Shown here: piece after piece, positions 1 through 9,551 of the stretch
Numbering within the stretch: position 1 is the stretch's first letter
How the letters are laid out: each line of letters begins with the position of its first letter
Assembly: GCA_963816185.1 (NCBI GenBank)
Contig: CAWFJJ010000001.1
Coordinates: forward strand, 608,001-672,000
Reading direction: 5' to 3'
DNA length: 64,000 bases
Source: Thermoanaerobaculia bacterium
GTDB lineage: Bacteria > Acidobacteriota > Thermoanaerobaculia > UBA5066
Position numbers and translations under genes: made by a program
The notes under the pieces: generated by a model
The model's input: only the letters and a program-made list of their open reading frames with translations
What the model was told of the DNA's origin: nothing
Database searches by the model: none

Positions 1-435
1 CGGCACGTCGTCGATTCCGCGCGGCGCGACGACGGGCGGAAGTGCGCCCGGCGGAAGACTCGGCTGGAGCTCGGCGAGCTTGGCGTGGACGCGGACGACG
101 GCCTGGTCGGGGTCGGTCCCGACGAGGAAGCGCACGATCACGATGCCGCCCGAGGGCTGCGACGTCGAGTAGACGTACTCGACGTTCGGGATCTGATAGA
201 GGGCTTTTTCGACGGGAGAGACGACGCGCCGATCGACCTCCTCGGCCGTCGCGCCGGGGAGCGCGACGAAGACGTCGATCATGGGGACCTTGATCTGGGG
301 CTCCTCCTCGCGCGGCGTGATGAGGACCGCGAACGCGCCGAGAAGGAGTGATGCGACGACGAGGAGCGGCGTGAGCTTGGATTCGAGGAACGCCTTTGCA
401 ATCCGGCCCGAGGCTCCAAGGGGCCGGCGCGTCAT
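1..435 (-). CDS. RND efflux transporter permease subunit (AcrB/CzcA family), N-terminus; runs off window start
   Basis: Manual translation MTRRPLGASGRIAKAFLESKLTPLLVVASLLLGAFAVLITPREEEPQIKVPMIDVFVALPGA...; follows the MFP and TolC genes. Confidence 0.9.
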   Translation of the reverse strand, partial: MTRRPLGASGRIAKAFLESKLTPLLVVASLLLGAFAVLITPREEEPQIKVPMIDVFVALPGATAEEVDRRVVSPVEKALYQIPNVEYVYSTSQPSGGIVIVRFLVGTDPDQAVVRVHAKLAELQPSLPPGALPPVVAPRGIDDVP

Positions 436-485
436 CTTGCGGCGGAGCGCCTCGCGCGGGTCCTTCCCGCGGCGGGTTTGTTCGC

Positions 486-1733
486 TCACCGGGCGCTTTC
501 CTTCGCCGCGGCGTCTTTCGGTTCGGAGACGGGCGCGCCGTCCGCGGGCGGCGCCGAAAGACCGACGAGGACGGTCTCGCCCCCGGAGAGGCCGGACAGG
601 ATCTCGACCTTGCCGCCTTGCGAGGCGCCCGTCGTCACGACGCGCGTCCGCGCCTTGCCGGCGTCGTCCTTCAACGCGACGAGGCTGACGCCGCCGCTCG
701 CGAGAACCGCGCTCTCGGGAACGAGGACGGACGGCCGCGGCGCCGAGTCGAGCGTCGCGCGGCCCGTGAGGCCGGTCGCGACGGGTGCGCCCGCGAGCTC
801 GAGCGTCGCCGTGTAGGTATGGGTGGAGGGGTCGGCGCCGGGAGACATCTCGACGACGGTGCCCGTCAAATCGGCTGCCGCGCCGTCGATCCTCACGGCG
901 AGCTTCTTTCCGACCGAGAGGCCCGAGGAAGCGACCGTGCCGGCCGGGACTTGGACGACGAGCCGGCGGCCCGTCGCGGACTCGATCGTGACGAGCGGGC
1001 GGCCCGGGGCCGCGAGGTCGCCCGCCTCGACGAGGCGCGAGGCCACGCGGCCGGCGAAAGGCGCCACGACGCGGGATTCCCCCGCGACCGAGGACGCGGC
1101 ATCCACCGCGCCTTCACCCTGCTGGACGGCGCCCTTCGCCTGCTCGTACTGCATCCGGCTCATGTCGAGCTCGAGCGGCGAGGCGGAGCCCGAGGCCGCG
1201 AGGGCCTTGTAGCGCTCGTAGTTGCGCTGGGCGAGGGAGAGGGCCGCGCGGGCCTGAGCGAGCGCGCCTTTCGCCTGGGACTCCTGGCCCCGCGCCGTCT
1301 GCGGGTCGATCTCGACGAGGACGTCGCCCGCGGCGACGGATTGTCCGACGCGCGCGGGAACCGCGACCACGTTCGCCATCACGCGCGAAGAGACGGAGGC
1401 AGAGCGGTCGGCGGTGACGGTCCCGTAGAGAGTAAGTCGATCCGGCAACGAGGCCCGCTCGACGAGTGCCGTAGCCGCGGCGACCGGGGAGAGAGAAGAA
1501 GATTTCTTAGAGGGGTCATGGGAGGCGCCGCAGCCCGCAAGGACCGCCACGGCGACTCCCGCGGCGATCAGGCCCACTAACACCATCGAAGAAGATCCGA
1601 ACACGGCCTTTCGCGCGCTCGTCGCCGCCAAAAGCGGTGCGGGTTTCCCATTCTTCATCTTCAAAGAAGATCCGAATCCCCGGTTCTCTTCCTTCGCAGA
1701 AATTCCGAATCCGATCCTCTTCCCGATCTTCAC
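486..1733 (-). CDS. RND efflux periplasmic adaptor (membrane fusion protein)
   Basis: Lipobox-like VLAGC; GQSVAAGDVLVEID and VVAPFAGRV hybrid motifs; GTG overlaps the TolC stop (alternative start ATG 1586). Confidence 0.9.
   Translation of the reverse strand: MKIGKRIGFGISAKEENRGFGSSLKMKNGKPAPLLAATSARKAVFGSSSMVLVGLIAAGVAVAVLAGCGASHDPSKKSSSLSPVAAATALVERASLPDRLTLYGTVTADRSASVSSRVMANVVAVPARVGQSVAAGDVLVEIDPQTARGQESQAKGALAQARAALSLAQRNYERYKALAASGSASPLELDMSRMQYEQAKGAVQQGEGAVDAASSVAGESRVVAPFAGRVASRLVEAGDLAAPGRPLVTIESATGRRLVVQVPAGTVASSGLSVGKKLAVRIDGAAADLTGTVVEMSPGADPSTHTYTATLELAGAPVATGLTGRATLDSAPRPSVLVPESAVLASGGVSLVALKDDAGKARTRVVTTGASQGGKVEILSGLSGGETVLVGLSAPPADGAPVSEPKDAAAKESAR
1489..1675. repeat. Dispersed CTTHGAAGG/polypurine motif cluster A
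   Basis: + copy GAGAGAAGAAGATTTCTTAGAGGGG (1491-1515); - copies at about 1581-1598 and 1651-1675. Confidence 0.65.
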
Positions 1734-3103
1734 TCAATTCCTCCGTTCAAAATGCTCTCGGGGCGGCGCCCCGCTTTGACGGCGAGCCTCAGAGCCGCCG
1801 TGTGCGCGTCGGCTCGAGCGACGAGCTCGCGCGTCTCCGCCTCGCGGCGGGCCGTCGTGACGTCCAGGAGATCGAGCGTCTTCACGACGCCTGCACGGAA
1901 CCTCTCCTCGGTGATGCGCTCGGCCTCGCGTGCCGCTTCGAGCGCCTTTTTCGCGGTCTCGTGCCGGGCCTCCGCCGTCTTCGCTTCCTCGTAGGCCTGC
2001 CGGACCTCGAGGCGGACGCCGTCGGCGAACCGGTCGACGTCCTCGCGGCCCGCGCGGGCGTCTTCGCGCGCCGCGAGGGCCGCGGCGCGGTCGGCGCCGC
2101 CCGCAAAAACGTTCCAGGTCGCGACGGCCATGATCGATCCCGACGTGCCGGTCGAGCCGAACGGCTTGTCGCCGTAGAGCTCGCCCTTGGCGACGAACGC
2201 GAGCTTCGGCCAGAGGGGCGCCTTCTTCACCTTCTCCTCGATCTCGCCCGCGGCGAGGAGCTTCCGGGCCGAGCCGAGGTCGGAACGGTCGGCGGCGGTC
2301 GCGAGCCAGGTATCCAGGGGCGTCGCGACGGGGCGGGGATCAGGAAGCGGGGCGAGGATCCACGAAGAGCCGCCCGCGGCCCCCAGCCGGAACGCGAGAT
2401 TCGCGTTCGCGATCCTCACGCGTCCGTCGGCCTCGGTCGCGAGGTCGTCCATCCGGGCGAGCTCGACCTGGGCCCTCAGGAGCTCCGAGCGGACGAGCAT
2501 GCCCTGCGCCACGTAATCGCCCGCGAGCTTGACGTGCGCGGCCACCGTGTCGCGCGATTTGTGAAGCAAGGTCGCATACTCCTCGGCCTGTGCGACCATG
2601 ACGTACGCTTCGGCGGCCGAAAGGGCGGCGTTGTCGGACACCCACGTGGACGTTCCGGACGCCGCCTGAGCCGCGAGCTTCGCCTGGTCGATGCGGCCCG
2701 AGAGCTCGCCGCCCGTGAAGAGGGGGAGGGTGATCTCGGCCCGCGTGATCCCGGTGTTGAGCGGCGCGGCGTCGTTCGGGTCGCTCGCGACGAACTCCGG
2801 GAACGAGAACGTGCCCTGGTTGAGCTTCAGCGCGAATGCCTCGGCCGGGTTGTTCGTCCGCATCCAGAGCTCCGTCAGGTTGAGCGACGGCAGCCGGAAG
2901 GCTTTCGCCTGGGAGGCACGGGCTTCGGCGGCCCCTTGGCGGGCTTTTGCGGCCGTGACCTCGCGCGCGCTCTCACGCGCCTTCTGCATGGCCCCGGCGA
3001 GGGTCAGGGGGGACGGGGTCTCCGGAGGCTCGGCGGCCCGGGCCGGTCCGGCCAGCGCCGCCGCCAGTCCGAGGAGGACGAGGGGGTTGCTTTTTCCGTT
3101 CAC
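1730..3103 (-). CDS. TolC family outer membrane efflux protein
   Basis: Signal peptide; two OEP repeats (LTLAGAMQKA; ITLPLFTGG; ERFRAGVVKTLDLLD). Confidence 0.9.
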   Translation of the reverse strand: MNGKSNPLVLLGLAAALAGPARAAEPPETPSPLTLAGAMQKARESAREVTAAKARQGAAEARASQAKAFRLPSLNLTELWMRTNNPAEAFALKLNQGTFSFPEFVASDPNDAAPLNTGITRAEITLPLFTGGELSGRIDQAKLAAQAASGTSTWVSDNAALSAAEAYVMVAQAEEYATLLHKSRDTVAAHVKLAGDYVAQGMLVRSELLRAQVELARMDDLATEADGRVRIANANLAFRLGAAGGSSWILAPLPDPRPVATPLDTWLATAADRSDLGSARKLLAAGEIEEKVKKAPLWPKLAFVAKGELYGDKPFGSTGTSGSIMAVATWNVFAGGADRAAALAAREDARAGREDVDRFADGVRLEVRQAYEEAKTAEARHETAKKALEAAREAERITEERFRAGVVKTLDLLDVTTARREAETRELVARADAHTAALRLAVKAGRRPESILNGGIE

Positions 3104-3109
3104 GTGGAC

Positions 3110-3135
3110 TAATATATAGCTATATGGTTATGAAA
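3110..3135. promoter_or_regulatory. AT-rich palindromic operator between divergent tolC and DUF2892 genes (ArsR/SmtB-like)
   Basis: Perfect palindrome ATATAGCTATAT at 3114-3125 in a GC-rich background. Confidence 0.5.
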
Positions 3136-3176
3136 GTCAAGGCCCGAGGATCCGGGCCCGAAACAAGGAGAGACCG

Positions 3177-3410
3177 ATGACCGTCAACGACGCCCTTCGC
3201 GCCATCGCCGGGTTCTTCGTCCTGGCCTCCGTGGCCCTCGGATACTGGGTTCACCCCGGCTTCTTCCTGTTCACCGCCTTCGTGGGGGCGAACCTCCTCC
3301 AGAGCGGCTTCTCGAAGTGGTGCCCGATGATCACGATCCTGAGGAAGGCGGGCGTGAAGGACATCCTGCCCGAGCCGAAAGCCGCCTGCTGCGCCGGCGG
3401 TGCCGTGTGA
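3177..3410 (+). CDS. DUF2892 / YgaP-like membrane protein
   Basis: LRAIAG...FTAFVGANLLQSGFSKWCPM signature; SD AAGGAG. Confidence 0.85.
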   Translation: MTVNDALRAIAGFFVLASVALGYWVHPGFFLFTAFVGANLLQSGFSKWCPMITILRKAGVKDILPEPKAACCAGGAV

Positions 3411-3793
3411 ACATCGCCGTCTCGTTCCTCGGCGGCGTCGCCATCGAGGCGAACGTCGAGGGGCAGAAGGTGCGGACCGATCACCCGCCGCCGCTCGGGG
3501 GCGGCACCGCCGCCTCGCCGTTCGACCTCTTCCTCGCGTCGATCGCGACGTGCATGAGCTTCTATGCCCTCCGCTTCTGTCAGGAGCGCGGGATCGCGAC
3601 GGAGGGGCTCGCCCTCTCGTTCGAGGCGCAGCAGGACGAGGCCAAGAAGCGCGTCACGGCGTTCCGGGCCGCGCTCACGCTCCCGAAGGGCTTCCCCGAG
3701 AAGTACGGCGACGCGATTCGGCGCGCGGTCGACCAGTGCACCGTTCGGCGGCACATGATCGAGCCGCCCGCGTTCGAGCTGACGGTCTCGTGA
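3407..3793 (+). CDS. OsmC family protein
   Basis: TDHPPPLGG..SPFDLFLASIATC and DQCTV cysteine pair; GTGA overlap with upstream gene. Confidence 0.85.
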   Translation: MNIAVSFLGGVAIEANVEGQKVRTDHPPPLGGGTAASPFDLFLASIATCMSFYALRFCQERGIATEGLALSFEAQQDEAKKRVTAFRAALTLPKGFPEKYGDAIRRAVDQCTVRRHMIEPPAFELTVS

Positions 3794-3802
3794 AGCGGGG
3801 CG

Positions 3803-4180
3803 TCAGCCCGAGCCGAGGAGTCCCCAGGAGAGCGCGAGGAGGACGAGGAGCGAGACCCCGACGTAGAGGCGGTCGCGCGCGCGGGCGAACTCGACGAGGC
3901 ACAGGGCGACGCGGGCGAACGGCGTCGCGACGAGGAGGAGGACGCCGAGCTGCATGATCCCGCGCGGGTCGGCCCGGGTGGCGTCCACGAGGGCCCCGGA
4001 AACGGTTCGGAAGGCCGCCGGCTCGCCGCGAAAGACGTGGTAATCGGCGTGCCGCATGCCCTCCTGCACGATGAACGGCACGAGACCCAGGACGATCACG
4101 GCGCTCGACACGATGACGCCGATCCGGAGGATCCCGCCCACTTCGAGGGCGAGGTGCCGGTCGCTGCGGCTCGCCTTCAC
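3803..4180 (-). CDS. DUF1634 membrane protein
   Basis: LRIGVIVSS...IMQLGVLLLVATPFARV...RDRLYV; typical partner of TSUP. Confidence 0.8.
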   Translation of the reverse strand: MKASRSDRHLALEVGGILRIGVIVSSAVIVLGLVPFIVQEGMRHADYHVFRGEPAAFRTVSGALVDATRADPRGIMQLGVLLLVATPFARVALCLVEFARARDRLYVGVSLLVLLALSWGLLGSG

Positions 4181-5016
4181 GCGGCACCCCGGAGGCCGTG
4201 GACGATCATCTGGATCCCCATGATGAGAACGACGGCGGTGAAGAGAAAGCGAAGGACGATCGAGCGGGAGGTCGTCAGGATCCGCGCGCCGAGCGCCGAC
4301 CCCGCGAGGACGCCGAGGACTGCGGTCGCGGCGAGCGGCGGGTCGATGTATCCGCGGGTGAGGTAAACGCCCGCGCTCGCGGCAGCCGTCACGCCGATCA
4401 TGAAGTTGCTCGTGGTCGTCGAGACCTTGTAGGGGAGCTTCAGAACCGTGTCCATCGAGAGGACCTTGAGCGCCCCCGAGCCGATTCCGAGGAGGCCCGA
4501 GACCGCGCCCGCGACGATCATCAGCAGCCACGCGAGTGGGACGCGCCGCGGGAAATACGCCTGCTCGCGGCCGGCGAGGGAAGGATAGGAGCCGTTCAAG
4601 CGGAGACGCGTCGCGAGCGGGTCGGGGGACGGGCTTCCCGCCGTCTCGGCGTGGCCCTTCCACGAAAACGCCGTCGAGCCGAGGAGGACGGCGCCGAAGA
4701 TCACCGCGATCGAGGACGTCGGGATTCGCGTCGCGAGAAACGCGCCGAGGAGCGCGCCGAGCGTCGTCGCGATCTCGAAGAAAAGGCCGATCCTGACGTT
4801 CGAGAAGCCCTCGCGCACGTAGGCCGCGGCGGCGCCGCTCGACGTCGCGATCACGGCGACGAGCGCGGTCCCGATCGCGTACTTGATGTCGACGCCGAGA
4901 CCGAGCGTCAGGAGGGGCACGAGGACGACGCCGCCGCCGAGGCCCGTGAGCGCGCCGACGAGGCCCGCGGCGCCCGCGCCGAAGAACAGGAGCGCGGTGA
5001 AGGCGAGAACGTTCAC
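4177..5016 (-). CDS. Sulfite exporter TauE/SafE (TSUP) family protein
   Basis: GALTGLGGGVVLVP and SGLLGIGSG repeats, KVSTTTSNFMIGVTAAAS. Confidence 0.9.
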   Translation of the reverse strand: MNVLAFTALLFFGAGAAGLVGALTGLGGGVVLVPLLTLGLGVDIKYAIGTALVAVIATSSGAAAAYVREGFSNVRIGLFFEIATTLGALLGAFLATRIPTSSIAVIFGAVLLGSTAFSWKGHAETAGSPSPDPLATRLRLNGSYPSLAGREQAYFPRRVPLAWLLMIVAGAVSGLLGIGSGALKVLSMDTVLKLPYKVSTTTSNFMIGVTAAASAGVYLTRGYIDPPLAATAVLGVLAGSALGARILTTSRSIVLRFLFTAVVLIMGIQMIVHGLRGAA

Positions 5017-5069
5017 GCCGGCACTTTACCGGGATTCCGGTCTCTTGGTCTGCGCGCTAAGCTGAGTTG

Positions 5070-5858
5070 GTGGAAGGGTCGGCTCTCCGCGCTGCCGCGT
5101 TCCTGGCCGGTCTCCTCGGCCTGCGGGGGGCCGAAATGGTCGAACCGCACCATCCGCCGACCGCCCCTCTCCGCCTGCGCTGGGTCACGAACCTCAGTCT
5201 CGGCCTCGTGAACGGAATCCTCGTCTCGCTCCTCTGCGCGTCGTGCTTCGTCCTGACGGCCCAGGGCCGGCTCCCGGCGGCCTTCGCGCCGCTGCCGCGG
5301 CTCTCGTCGAAGATCTGGGTCCAGATCCTCGCCGGGGTCGTGTTCCTCGATCTCCTGACGTATGTTCTCCATCGCGCCTACCATCGCAGTCCATTCCTCT
5401 GGCGTTTCCACGTCGTGCATCACACCGATCTCGATCTCGACGTCTCCTCGGCGTCGCGCTTTCACACGGGAGAGGTGCTCTTCTCGTCCGTCGCGAAGCT
5501 CGGAGCCGTCACGCTCCTCGGCATTCCCCCGGCCGGGCTCGTCGTCTTCGAGGTCGTGATGCTCGCATGCGCCCAGTTCCAGCACGCGAACATCCGCATT
5601 CCGGCGGGTGTCGAGACGATCCTCTGGCGCACGCTCGTGCCGCCCGCGATGCACCGGATCCACCACGCCCCGAACCGCAAGGACACCGACTCGAACTTCG
5701 GGACGATTCTGACGCTCTGGGATTTTCTCCTCGGGACGTTCAATCGCCGCGCGGCCGACGAGCAGGTTTCGTTCGGCGTTCCCCAGATGCGCGATCCGAA
5801 GGTGATGTCCCTCGGCTCGCTCGCGGTCCTCCCGTTGCGGCGATCCGCCGAAAACTGA
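5070..5858 (+). CDS. Sterol desaturase / fatty acid hydroxylase family protein
   Basis: His boxes HRAYH, HVVHH, QHAN, HRIHH; DSNFG..WDFLLGTF. Confidence 0.9.
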   Translation: MEGSALRAAAFLAGLLGLRGAEMVEPHHPPTAPLRLRWVTNLSLGLVNGILVSLLCASCFVLTAQGRLPAAFAPLPRLSSKIWVQILAGVVFLDLLTYVLHRAYHRSPFLWRFHVVHHTDLDLDVSSASRFHTGEVLFSSVAKLGAVTLLGIPPAGLVVFEVVMLACAQFQHANIRIPAGVETILWRTLVPPAMHRIHHAPNRKDTDSNFGTILTLWDFLLGTFNRRAADEQVSFGVPQMRDPKVMSLGSLAVLPLRRSAEN

Positions 5859-5861
5859 CAC

Positions 5862-6563
5862 TCAGTCCGCGAGAATCGCGGAAAGGCGGTCCACGACCTC
5901 GCGCCCCGCTTCCTTTTCGTAGGGCGCCGCGTAGAACTCCGCGAGATCGAGCGGCGAGTGCAGGGCGACGCGGCACTTTTTCAGCACCTTGCCCGGCACC
6001 TGCCTGTAGAGGAGGAGCTTGCGGAAGCCGTCGACGCGCACAGGGACCGCGACGGCCTTCGTTCGGTGGAGAAGCTGGGCGACGCCGGGCCTGAGCGGCG
6101 CGCCCTTCTGGGTCGTGCCGGCGGGAAAGTGGAGCAGCCATCCGTTCGCGATGGCCTCCTCGACCTTCGCGACGCCCTCGAAGTCGACCGTTCTCTTCAC
6201 GTCCTTCCCGCCCTCGCGAAAGCTGCGACGGAACGTGACGCCCCCCGCCTTCGTGAAGAGCTGGGTCAGGGGGTTCTGCTTCATCGTCTCCGTCGCGGCC
6301 GAGAAGCGCATGAACGGGTTCTCGAGAGGGAGGCCATGGCGGACGTACACGACGTCGAAGATCGCCATCGCCTCCATGAAGTACGTCTGGTGGTTCGAGA
6401 GGAACACGACGTTCTTTCGCGGGAGCTTGTCGATGATCGCGTCGCCCGTGACCTTCACGCGGTTCAGGAGCCGGAAATAGGGGATCGTGAAGCCGAGCCC
6501 GAGGCTCGTGATGATTCCGCGGCGAAGCCAGCGGTCGAGGAAGGTCTGTCCGAGAGAAGCCAA
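5862..6563 (-). CDS. Lysophospholipid acyltransferase (PlsC-like)
   Basis: SNHQTYFME (NHxxxxD-like) and FPAGT motifs. Confidence 0.75.
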   Translation of the reverse strand: MASLGQTFLDRWLRRGIITSLGLGFTIPYFRLLNRVKVTGDAIIDKLPRKNVVFLSNHQTYFMEAMAIFDVVYVRHGLPLENPFMRFSAATETMKQNPLTQLFTKAGGVTFRRSFREGGKDVKRTVDFEGVAKVEEAIANGWLLHFPAGTTQKGAPLRPGVAQLLHRTKAVAVPVRVDGFRKLLLYRQVPGKVLKKCRVALHSPLDLAEFYAAPYEKEAGREVVDRLSAILAD

Positions 6564-6592
6564 TCTGGGCGGATTCTAGGACGAGGCCGCGG

Positions 6593-7102
6593 TCACGCGC
6601 GGGCGGCCTGCTCGATTCCCCAGACGACGAGGTCCGTGGATTTCGGCGCGTGGCCGAGGCGCCTCACCATCGCGGAGATCTGGCCGCGATGGTACGTCTG
6701 GTGGTTCACGACGTGCCGGACGATCACCCAGAAGGGGGCCGTCCTCTCCTCGCCTTTCAGGTTCTTCCAGGCGAAAGGCCCGGCGAGGCGCTCGGGCGTG
6801 TACGTCGCGAGGAGCTTTCGGTGCTTCCCCTGCGCCGCGAAGAGGACGCGCGCCGCGTCCTCGAGGCCGGGAAGCTCGTCGACGGTCGGAAGGCGCATCG
6901 CGTCCCGGCCGGAGAAGCGCTCGGCCCAGGCGTCCGTGGCGCCCGCAATGTGGACGAAGGTGGCCCTCGGCGAAGGCCAGCCGCCGCCCTGCTCCTTGAC
7001 GTACTCGGCCTCGGAAAGCGCGCGCAGCGTCTCGAGGACCCGTGCGTTCGCCCACTCGTTGAAGGCGTAGAAAGAATGAAGGTCGTCAGGCGGGAAGCTC
7101 AT
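6593..7102 (-). CDS. DinB family protein
   Basis: FNEWANAR...HIAGA...HVVNHQTYHRGQI. Confidence 0.9.
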   Translation of the reverse strand: MSFPPDDLHSFYAFNEWANARVLETLRALSEAEYVKEQGGGWPSPRATFVHIAGATDAWAERFSGRDAMRLPTVDELPGLEDAARVLFAAQGKHRKLLATYTPERLAGPFAWKNLKGEERTAPFWVIVRHVVNHQTYHRGQISAMVRRLGHAPKSTDLVVWGIEQAARA

Positions 7103-8091
7103 TTCGCGGAATCCTCGACAATCGTGTTCGTGAGAGTCCCGAGCCCGTCGATCGTGAGGCTCACGACGTCGCCGGGCTTCAGCCACTGGTCATGCGTAAT
7201 CCCCGAGCCGTTCAGCTCCAGGAAGCAGCCGGTTCCGACGGTGCCCGAGCCGATGACCTCTCCGGGCTCGAGTGTCACGCCGTCGGCCGCGCGCTGGATG
7301 ATCTCGGCGAAGGTCCAGCTCATAAGCGATACGTCGCCGTTCGAGACGGGAACGTGATTGACCGTCGCCGACATCCGCGCGTGAAGGATGTTTCCCTTCG
7401 GCGAAGGCTTCAGCCTCTCCACGAGCTCGTCCTTCGTGACGAGCCACGGGCCGAGCCCCGTCGCGAAGTCCTTGCCTTTCGCCGGCCCGAGATTCAGCTT
7501 CATCTCCTCCGCCTGGAGCGCGCGAGCGGAAAAGTCGTTCAGGACGCCGTAGCCGAAGATCGCGTCGTCGGCTTCGGCGATGGTGGGGTTCGTGATCCTC
7601 TTTCCGATCACGCAGAACGCCTCGAGCTCGAAGTCGAGCTTCTCGAGCCGGCTGCGGCCCACGCGCAGCTCGCCGGGACCGATGATCGCGAGCGCGTTCG
7701 AGAAGTAGAAGACGGGAAACGCGTCGAACTCGGGGATCATCCCGAGGCCGCGGTTCCGGCGCGCCGTCTCGACGTGCTGGCGGAACGCGTAGCCGTCGCG
7801 GATCGAGACCGGGCGCGGCAGCGGCGCGAGCAGAGTGACGGCCTGCTCGGAGTGAAAGGCCTCACGCGGCAGCTCGGAAGCCATCCCGAAGAGGGCCTTC
7901 GCCTTCGGTACGAGGTCGTCGGCGCGCTCGACGAGGTCGAGCATCCCGACCTTCGCGAACCGCGCGTCCGCCCGGGCAAAGTCGAGAATCCGGTCCTCTC
8001 CGACGACCGCCCCGAGGCGCGGCCTCGGACGCGTGAAGACGCCCGAAGAGGTGACGTCGCCTTCGGAGGGAAGGAACGAGACGAGTCTCAT
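7099..8091 (-). CDS. Fumarylacetoacetate hydrolase family protein
   Basis: LDFELE, LNDFSARALQ, KGKDFAT, GEVIGSGT. Confidence 0.9.
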   Translation of the reverse strand: MRLVSFLPSEGDVTSSGVFTRPRPRLGAVVGEDRILDFARADARFAKVGMLDLVERADDLVPKAKALFGMASELPREAFHSEQAVTLLAPLPRPVSIRDGYAFRQHVETARRNRGLGMIPEFDAFPVFYFSNALAIIGPGELRVGRSRLEKLDFELEAFCVIGKRITNPTIAEADDAIFGYGVLNDFSARALQAEEMKLNLGPAKGKDFATGLGPWLVTKDELVERLKPSPKGNILHARMSATVNHVPVSNGDVSLMSWTFAEIIQRAADGVTLEPGEVIGSGTVGTGCFLELNGSGITHDQWLKPGDVVSLTIDGLGTLTNTIVEDSAK

Positions 8092-8144
8092 CTGCGGGGA
8101 GTTTATCGCCGCCGCCTGACCGGCCGCCGTAAGCTCGAAGGGTC

Positions 8145-8816
8145 ATGCCCCGGCCTTTCGGTCGCGATCGCCTCGCCGGCGTCAAGGATGGGAAGCTGCT
8201 TCTCTCGTGCGAGGAATCGAAGGGGTGGCGGGCGCGAAGGAATGCCGCGGCGACGTCCGCCGAGCACCCGGGCACCTGCGTGCGCTGGGAGGGCGAGCTC
8301 TTCGAAGTGGAGGGCTTCGAGTCCCGCGGCGACGGCAGCGTGACCTATACGCTCGGTCCGTGGGACGAGCGCCACGCGATTCGCGTCGTCGCGACGTACA
8401 GCCCCGAGTCAGAGGCCGTGCGATCGGCCGAAGCGCGTGACGCACGCAGCCGCGTCGAAGGCCACACGCTCGTTCTCCTTCTCGCTCCCGCGCTCGGATG
8501 CCTTCCCGCCCGTGTTCAGCAGCGCCTCGAGAACGAATACAACGTCAACGCGTCGTGGATGTCGCTCGCTTCGGCGCTCCCGCTCTTCATGTTCGGGGCG
8601 TTCTGTTTCATCGTGGCGCTTGCCTCGGCACTGGGAGGGCCGCGAGTTCTGCCGGACGGGGTCCTTGTCGTTGGGCAGTACCTCTGGGTCGAGTCCACCG
8701 TGCGTATCGTGATCGCCTCCAGGCAGGGCCGCGGCATAGGCAACGTCGCCGGAACCGTGTTCTACGAGACCTGGCTCCTTGCCCGCCGGCTCAGTCCTTC
8801 GCCTTGCGGGCGGTGA
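8145..8816 (+). CDS. Hypothetical membrane protein
   Basis: Plausible ORF with soluble N-terminus and 2-3 C-terminal hydrophobic segments; TAAGCT upstream. Confidence 0.65.
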   Translation: MPRPFGRDRLAGVKDGKLLLSCEESKGWRARRNAAATSAEHPGTCVRWEGELFEVEGFESRGDGSVTYTLGPWDERHAIRVVATYSPESEAVRSAEARDARSRVEGHTLVLLLAPALGCLPARVQQRLENEYNVNASWMSLASALPLFMFGAFCFIVALASALGGPRVLPDGVLVVGQYLWVESTVRIVIASRQGRGIGNVAGTVFYETWLLARRLSPSPCGR

Positions 8817-9534
8817 CGATGCGCGCCGGCGGGAAAGTCTCGAAGAGCGAAAGACGAGACCGCTCGACCGTGAAGTCGGCCTCGCGAAACGCCTTTGCAT
8901 AGAGTCCCGTCTGGCGGAAGTCGGAGACGAGGGCCACGCCTCCCGGGATGAGGACGCGCCCGATCTCGCGGCACGCTTCCGCGCGGCCACGGGCGCCGGG
9001 GATGTTGTGGAGGCAGAGGCTCGAGAGCACGACGTCGAAAGATGCATCGGGAAACGGCATCCTGCGGGCGTCCGCGCTGCGGACCTCGACGCGCTCGGCG
9101 ACGCCCTCGGCCTCCGCGTTCGCAAGGAACGCATCCGCGGAGTTCGCGGAGAGATCCGATGCGCTCCAGACGTCGAGTCCGATGGCGCGCCCCGACGTGA
9201 GCCTTTTCGCCGCTCCGATCGCGAGCAGCCCGCGTCCGGTTCCCACGTCGAGGACGTTCTCGGTCCCCGTCCACGGGATCATCGCGAGCATCCGGTCGCG
9301 ATGCCGGAGCTTGCCGACCTCTGAAGACAGGATCATGAGCGCGCCTTCGAGCAGGCAGACGACGGCGACCGCCACGAACAGTCCCCTGACGCCCATCGAC
9401 ACGGTGGTGCCGAGGAGCGTGAAGGGTCCGATGCGCGCCGGTCCGAGAACCGCCGCCAGGAGCAGGACCCCGCCGAGAACGAAGAGATTCCGGACGACGC
9501 CCGGGGCGTCGATCCCGTAGTCCGCATCGTGCAT
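8791..9534 (-). CDS. Class I SAM-dependent methyltransferase, membrane anchored
   Basis: VLDVGTGRG, PFPDASFDVVLS, LIPGG. Confidence 0.9.
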   Translation of the reverse strand: MHDADYGIDAPGVVRNLFVLGGVLLLAAVLGPARIGPFTLLGTTVSMGVRGLFVAVAVVCLLEGALMILSSEVGKLRHRDRMLAMIPWTGTENVLDVGTGRGLLAIGAAKRLTSGRAIGLDVWSASDLSANSADAFLANAEAEGVAERVEVRSADARRMPFPDASFDVVLSSLCLHNIPGARGRAEACREIGRVLIPGGVALVSDFRQTGLYAKAFREADFTVERSRLSLFETFPPARIVTARKAKD

Positions 9535-9551
9535 GGTGAGATGCTACGACG

